DNA of 64,000 bases, from contig OY970325.1 of assembly GCA_963717145.1 (NCBI GenBank), positions 992,001-1,056,000 of the forward strand, read 5' to 3'. The position numbers and the translations under genes were made by a program. Below the pieces are notes generated by a model that searched no databases, was not told the origin of the DNA, and worked only from the letters and a program-made list of their open reading frames with translations. Source of the stretch: an uncultured Armatimonadetes bacterium. Lineage in GTDB: Bacteria; Armatimonadota; UBA5829; DTJY01. Positions 59,255 to 64,000 of the stretch are shown here, piece by piece (the stretch's first letter is position 1; each line of letters opens with the position of its first letter).

Positions 59255-59337
59255 ACAAAGTATCAAGTACAAAGTACGAAGACAGGACCGGGCCTCCTGG
59301 CTCGCGGTTCTTTGCACTTTCGTACTTGATACTTTGT
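59255..59337. repeat. Inverted heptamer-repeat element
   Basis: ACAAAGTATCAAGTACAAAGTACGAAG ... CTTTCGTACTTGATACTTTGT. Confidence 0.7.
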
Positions 59338-59349
59338 ACATGATCGTTT

Positions 59350-59387
59350 CGCCTCGCCGCCTAAGTATACAGCGGCGGGGCGTTTCT
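59350..59387 (+). terminator. Terminator-like hairpin after the tRNA cluster
   Basis: CGCCTCGCCGC..GCGGCGGGGCG followed by TTTCT. Confidence 0.55.
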
Positions 59388-59419
59388 ATGAGAACCGGGC
59401 ATAAGAGGAGTCACTAATC

Positions 59420-60727
59420 ATGCAAGTGAAAGTTGAGCAACAAGGCCCTTGCGAGGTCGAATTGAACATCGAGGTGCCGGCCGAGCAGGTCACCAGCACC
59501 AGAGACAAGGTCTTCAAGGAGATGGGGCAGCACGCCACAGTTCCGGGTTTCCGGAGGGGAAAGGCGCCTCGAGCGCTCCTGGAGAGACACCTCTCTCCGG
59601 AGTCGATTCGCAGCCACCTACTCGATGAACTTCTCCCGGATGCCTATGCGGAGGCGCTCGAGGAGGCCAAGATCGAGCCATATACGGACCCCGAGATCGA
59701 CATCGTCCAGTTGGAGCAGGAACAGCCGTTCATCTTCAAGGCCAAGGTCCCGCTCCCGCCGAAAGTCGAACTTGGCGAGTACAAGGGCATCGAGGTCGAG
59801 CGCCCCGAGGTCACCGTCACCGATGAGGACATCGATTCCGAACTCGAGTACCTTCAGCAGAACAAGGCCTCGATCGAGCCGATAGAGGACCGGCCGGTCG
59901 AGTCGGGTGACCTCGTGACCGCGGAGTTGAAGGTCGTCCCCGAGGGGGAAGAGCCCCAGGAACCGGGACGGGCGCGCATTCGGGTCGGATCGAACATTCC
60001 CGAGTTCGACGCGAACATCGTGGGAATGAAGCTCGACGAGGAGAAGAGCTTCACGATCGACTATGCTTCCGACTTCGCCGACGAGGAACTGGCCGGCAAG
60101 AAGATCGACTACACCGTGAAGATCGAGAAGATATACCAGGTCAAGCTCCCCGAGCTTGACGATGAGTTCGTGCAGGGCCTTCCCGGGAATATGGAGACGC
60201 TCGATGCATTGAAGGACAGTATCCGCAGCAGGCTCACTGAGGCCCGCAACAGGTCAGCCGACAGCGAGGTCGAGAACAAGATCATCGAGGCGATCGTCTC
60301 GCGCTCGACGGTCTGTTTCCCCGATGTCATCGTGAAGTCGCGTGTCGCTCACGAGTTGGAGCATCTGCGGGAGGACCTTGAGAAAGAGAATAGAACGTTC
60401 AAGCAGTATCTGGAGCAGATCGGCAGGACCCGAGAGCAGTTCATGGACGAGCTGAACCAGGCTATTTCGCACCGAGTAACCGTCGGATTGGTCCTGGGCG
60501 AGTTGGCGTCGGCTGAGAAGCTCGAGGTCACGGATGAAGAAATAGAGGCCAGGATCGATAGCATGGTCGAGGAATCGAAGGCGACCCGTGAGGCCGTGGA
60601 AGCATATCTGGAACCCCGGGGAGGACGTGAGAGCCTGGGAAATGCTATGCTCGACCAGAAGATCACAGATTTTATCAAGTCAGTTTCGACGATCAAGAGT
60701 GGAGAAAGCGTCCCGCAAAGCACATAA
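59420..60727 (+). CDS. tig: Trigger factor
   Basis: VPGFRRGKAP ribosome-binding motif; FKBP domain; tRNA-tig-clpP-clpX-lon order. Confidence 0.93.
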   Translation: MQVKVEQQGPCEVELNIEVPAEQVTSTRDKVFKEMGQHATVPGFRRGKAPRALLERHLSPESIRSHLLDELLPDAYAEALEEAKIEPYTDPEIDIVQLEQEQPFIFKAKVPLPPKVELGEYKGIEVERPEVTVTDEDIDSELEYLQQNKASIEPIEDRPVESGDLVTAELKVVPEGEEPQEPGRARIRVGSNIPEFDANIVGMKLDEEKSFTIDYASDFADEELAGKKIDYTVKIEKIYQVKLPELDDEFVQGLPGNMETLDALKDSIRSRLTEARNRSADSEVENKIIEAIVSRSTVCFPDVIVKSRVAHELEHLREDLEKENRTFKQYLEQIGRTREQFMDELNQAISHRVTVGLVLGELASAEKLEVTDEEIEARIDSMVEESKATREAVEAYLEPRGGRESLGNAMLDQKITDFIKSVSTIKSGESVPQST

Positions 60728-60789
60728 TATAGGTGATGCGTGCTGCGGAAGCGCTTTCCAGTCCGCTTAGAAAAGGAGAATACCAGCGC

Positions 60790-61377
60790 ATGGCACTGAT
60801 ACCAATGGTTGTTGAGCAGTCCGCCAGAGGAGAGCGAGCGTACGATATCTACTCCCGTCTGCTCAAAGAGCGCATCATATTCCTCGGCACGCCGGTGGAC
60901 GATGACATCGCGAACCTCATCATCGCGCAGTTGCTTTTCCTGGAGAAGGAAGACCCGGATAAGGACATCGAGTTCTACGTCAACACGCCTGGCGGGCTGG
61001 TGACAGCCGGCCTGGCGATCTACGACACCATGCAGATCATCAAGCCGGATATAGCTACGACCTGCGTGGGACAGGCGGCCAGCATGGGTGCGGTGATCCT
61101 GGCCGGCGGCGCTAAGGGCAAGAGACAAGCATTGCCGAACGCGCGGATGATGATCCATCAGGGCAGCGCAGGTTTCTCGGGCACTCCGTCGGATATCGAT
61201 ATCCAGGCGAGAGAAGTCCTGCGATACAGAGTGCTGCTCAACGAGATTCTCTCCAAACACACAGGACAAACCGTCGAGCAGGTGGAAAAAGATACCGACA
61301 GGGATTACTTCATGTCGGCAAAGGAAGCCTGCGAATACGGCTTGATCGATGAAGTCATCGAGAGAGAACACAGATAA
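60790..61377 (+). CDS. clpP: ClpP protease
   Basis: [34 protein letters not shown]. Confidence 0.96.
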   Translation: MALIPMVVEQSARGERAYDIYSRLLKERIIFLGTPVDDDIANLIIAQLLFLEKEDPDKDIEFYVNTPGGLVTAGLAIYDTMQIIKPDIATTCVGQAASMGAVILAGGAKGKRQALPNARMMIHQGSAGFSGTPSDIDIQAREVLRYRVLLNEILSKHTGQTVEQVEKDTDRDYFMSAKEACEYGLIDEVIEREHR

Positions 61378-61407
61378 TCCAGAGCATAAACTTGGGGGGC
61401 TAAACAC

Positions 61408-62673
61408 TTGGCGAGGGTCGGATTCGATCGCAACGATCAGCGCTGCGCCTTGTGCGGCAGAAGCAGAGAACAGGTAAAGAAGCTGATAGTCGGCGTATAC
61501 GGTGGTATATGTCTCGACTGTCTCCAGCTATGCAACGACACGATCAAGGGTGAGGCGGCGAAGGTCGGTGACGACTTCTCGCCGCTCAACTCCGTGCCGA
61601 AGCCCAAGGAGATATACCGCATACTAAGTCAGTACGTCGTTGGCCAGGAAAAGGCCAAACGAACACTGAGCGTCGCGGTATATAACCACTTCAAGCGGAT
61701 CAACACGCCTTGCCACGACGTCGAGTTGCAGAAGAGCAACATCATGCTCATCGGCCCGACCGGCTGCGGCAAGACACTCCTCGCCCAGACACTGGCGAAG
61801 ATCCTGAACGTTCCATTTGCAATAGCCGACGCCACTTCGCTTACAGAGGCAGGATACGTCGGCGAAGATGTCGAAAACATCCTCCTGAAGCTGTTGCAGG
61901 CGGCTGATACCGGTGAGAACATCCAGGCGACCGTCCGGAATGCTCAGCGCGGGATCGTCTACATCGATGAGATCGATAAGATCACTCGGAAGTCCGAGAA
62001 CCCGTCTATCACGAGAGACGTCTCCGGCGAAGGTGTTCAGCAGGCTCTGCTGAAGATACTCGAGGGCACGACGGCGAACGTTCCGCCTCAGGGCGGACGG
62101 AAGCACCCGCAGCAGGAGTACGTACAGATCGACACAACGAACGTGCTCTTTATCTGCGGAGGCGCCTTCGACGGCCTGGAGAGTATCATCGAGCGCAGAG
62201 TGAGCACGCAGACCATGGGATTCCGGGCTAAGGTCGAGAGCAAGGCCGATCGGCGCCCGGGAGATCTGCTCTGCGAGGTCATGCCGGAGGACCTGCTGAA
62301 GTTCGGGTTTATCCCCGAGTTCATCGGCCGGTTGCCCGTGATCGGCACACTCGAGTCACTCGACCAGGAGTCGCTTGTGCGGATTCTCGTCGAGCCGAGG
62401 AACGCTCTGGTGAAGCAGTACCAGAAGTTCTTCGAGTACGACGGCGTCGAACTGATTGTAACGGACGATGCTCTCGAAGAGATTGCGACTGAGGCGATGA
62501 AGCGGACGATTGGGGCACGAGCGCTCAGGGCGATCATCGAGGAAGTCATGATGAACATCATGTACGAGATTCCCTCGACGCCCGGGGTCAGCAAATGCAC
62601 CATCGACGCCGACGTTGTCCGAGGCGGCAAGGAGCCTATGCTGGTTGTCGACGAATTGAAGGCCGCATCGTGA
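61408..62673 (+). CDS. clpX: ClpX ATPase
   Basis: C4 zinc finger, [29 protein letters not shown]. Confidence 0.96.
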   Translation: MARVGFDRNDQRCALCGRSREQVKKLIVGVYGGICLDCLQLCNDTIKGEAAKVGDDFSPLNSVPKPKEIYRILSQYVVGQEKAKRTLSVAVYNHFKRINTPCHDVELQKSNIMLIGPTGCGKTLLAQTLAKILNVPFAIADATSLTEAGYVGEDVENILLKLLQAADTGENIQATVRNAQRGIVYIDEIDKITRKSENPSITRDVSGEGVQQALLKILEGTTANVPPQGGRKHPQQEYVQIDTTNVLFICGGAFDGLESIIERRVSTQTMGFRAKVESKADRRPGDLLCEVMPEDLLKFGFIPEFIGRLPVIGTLESLDQESLVRILVEPRNALVKQYQKFFEYDGVELIVTDDALEEIATEAMKRTIGARALRAIIEEVMMNIMYEIPSTPGVSKCTIDADVVRGGKEPMLVVDELKAAS

Positions 62674-62710
62674 TGGGCTGATTAGCTCTACCGGGGCGGC
62701 GACATCTCTT

Positions 62711-62812
62711 GTGGCCGTGCCTCCGAGCGGCCATGCATTAGAATGGCCTGCTCGGAGGCACGGCCATTATATCGTCAGAACGATGTGGCCGGCACAGATG
62801 CCCGGCCACGAT
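62711..62812. repeat. Degenerate copies of the GTGGCCGTGCCTC REP family
   Basis: GTGGCCGTGCCTCCGAGC..GCTCGGAGGCACGGCCA and TGGCCGGCACAGATGCCCGGCCAC. Confidence 0.65.
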
Positions 62813-62835
62813 ATTGCAGAAAGGTGACATAGCGC

Positions 62836-64000
62836 ATGGCGAAGGCTCAGACCAAAGTGCGGAAGCCCGCGCCCGAGCCGGATATCGAGACTACCATTGA
62901 CGGGTTGATCAACGAACTGCCGGAGGAGATACCTCTTCTTCCGATCCGCGACGCAGTCTACTTCCCGCACATGGTCTTTCCCCTTTTCGTCGGTCGCGAG
63001 AAGTCGGTTCGCGCGCTCGATGAGGCGATGGCTCAGCAGAGACTGATCCTCCTTGTGGCCCAAAAACAGGTCACAACCGACGACCCTGAGCCGGACGATA
63101 TATACTCGGTCGGTCTCGTGGCCGAGGTGATGCAGATCATGAAGGTCCCGGACGGAACGGTGCGGGTCGTCCTGGAGGGCCTCGATAGAGTGCGAGTCGT
63201 CGGCTACAAGCAGACGGATCCGTGCTTTGTCGTCAAGATCGAGACAATCCCGTCCGGAGAGGAATCCGGCATCGAGGTCGAGGCCCTGATGCGAAGCGTC
63301 GTGGCGCAGTTCGAACAGACCGTAAACATCGGCCGAACGATCCCGCCGGAAGCTCTGGTCAACGTCATCAATATCGGCGAACCCGGACGCTTGGCAGACA
63401 GTATTACGCCATATCTTCCCCTGCGAGTTGAATCCAAGCAGGACATTCTGGAGACCATCTCCGCCAAGGAGCGACTCGAGAAGCTGAGCGTCCTCCTGAA
63501 GAAAGAGATCGACATTCTCGAGATCCAGAGGAGCATCCGCAACCGGGTCGAGAAGGAGATGGGCGACACCCAGCGCGAGTTCATCCTGCGGGAACAGATG
63601 AAAGCGATCCAGCAGGAACTCGGCGAGCGTGACGAGCGCTACGGAGAGATCGAGGACTACAAGGGTCGAATCGAACAGGCATGTATGCCCGAGGAGGTTC
63701 AGGAGCGCGCCATCAAGGAGTTGGATCGGCTGGAGAAGATGCCGTATGCCGCACCCGAAGGCGTCGTCGTGCGCAACTACCTCGACTGGCTCGTCGCTCT
63801 TCCCTGGAACGTCTGCACGGAGGAGTGCATCGACATCCAGGAGGCGGCCGAGGTTCTCGACGCCGATCACTACGGTCTGGCAAAGGCGAAGGAGCGAATC
63901 CTCGAATTCCTCGCGGTTAAGCAGCTTTCCGGACAGATGAAGGGCCCGATCCTTTGCTTCGTCGGCCCTCCCGGAGTGGGCAAGACCTCGATCGGGCGTT
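62836..64000 (+). CDS. lon: Lon protease (truncated by the window end; not in the ORF track)
   Basis: Manual translation: LLPIRDAVYFPHMVFPLFVGREKS, RNYLDWL, DHYGL..KERILE, ILCFVGPPGVGKTS. Confidence 0.95.
   Translation, partial: MAKAQTKVRKPAPEPDIETTIDGLINELPEEIPLLPIRDAVYFPHMVFPLFVGREKSVRALDEAMAQQRLILLVAQKQVTTDDPEPDDIYSVGLVAEVMQIMKVPDGTVRVVLEGLDRVRVVGYKQTDPCFVVKIETIPSGEESGIEVEALMRSVVAQFEQTVNIGRTIPPEALVNVINIGEPGRLADSITPYLPLRVESKQDILETISAKERLEKLSVLLKKEIDILEIQRSIRNRVEKEMGDTQREFILREQMKAIQQELGERDERYGEIEDYKGRIEQACMPEEVQERAIKELDRLEKMPYAAPEGVVVRNYLDWLVALPWNVCTEECIDIQEAAEVLDADHYGLAKAKERILEFLAVKQLSGQMKGPILCFVGPPGVGKTSIGR

Overview
GC-rich bacterial chromosomal segment, mostly housekeeping and carbohydrate genes. 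Kdo genes, PEP-CTERM proteins, the futalosine pathway and Firmicutes-like gene order suggest an Armatimonadota-like diderm, but that is inference only. Contents: GH38 mannosidase, lexA, aroQ-M24 peptidase, Tat-exported Gfo/Idh/MocA genes, cspA, kdsD/kdsC with membrane glycosyltransferases, a futalosine menaquinone operon (ubiD-ubiX-ubiA-like, mqnE, mqnA, mqnC, MTAP-like), a frameshifted GH2, four tRNAs and tig-clpP-clpX-lon (lon runs off the window end). The most striking locus is 26318-32796: six tandem FGE/SUMF1-fold PEP-CTERM surface-protein genes. They are separated by near-identical spacers of exactly 64 bp, share an almost invariant anchor, are built from internal modules shuffled between copies, and have a hypervariable DGR-like C-terminal segment. 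No reverse transcriptase or template repeat is visible. The window is also rich in palindromic REP/MITE-like elements: three are inserted in frame inside genes, several supply stop codons, and one has perfect 16-bp TIRs with a 10-bp target duplication. Many single-base indels suggest an imperfectly polished assembly, so pseudogene calls are tentative. All product calls come from recognising motifs by eye; no database search was run.
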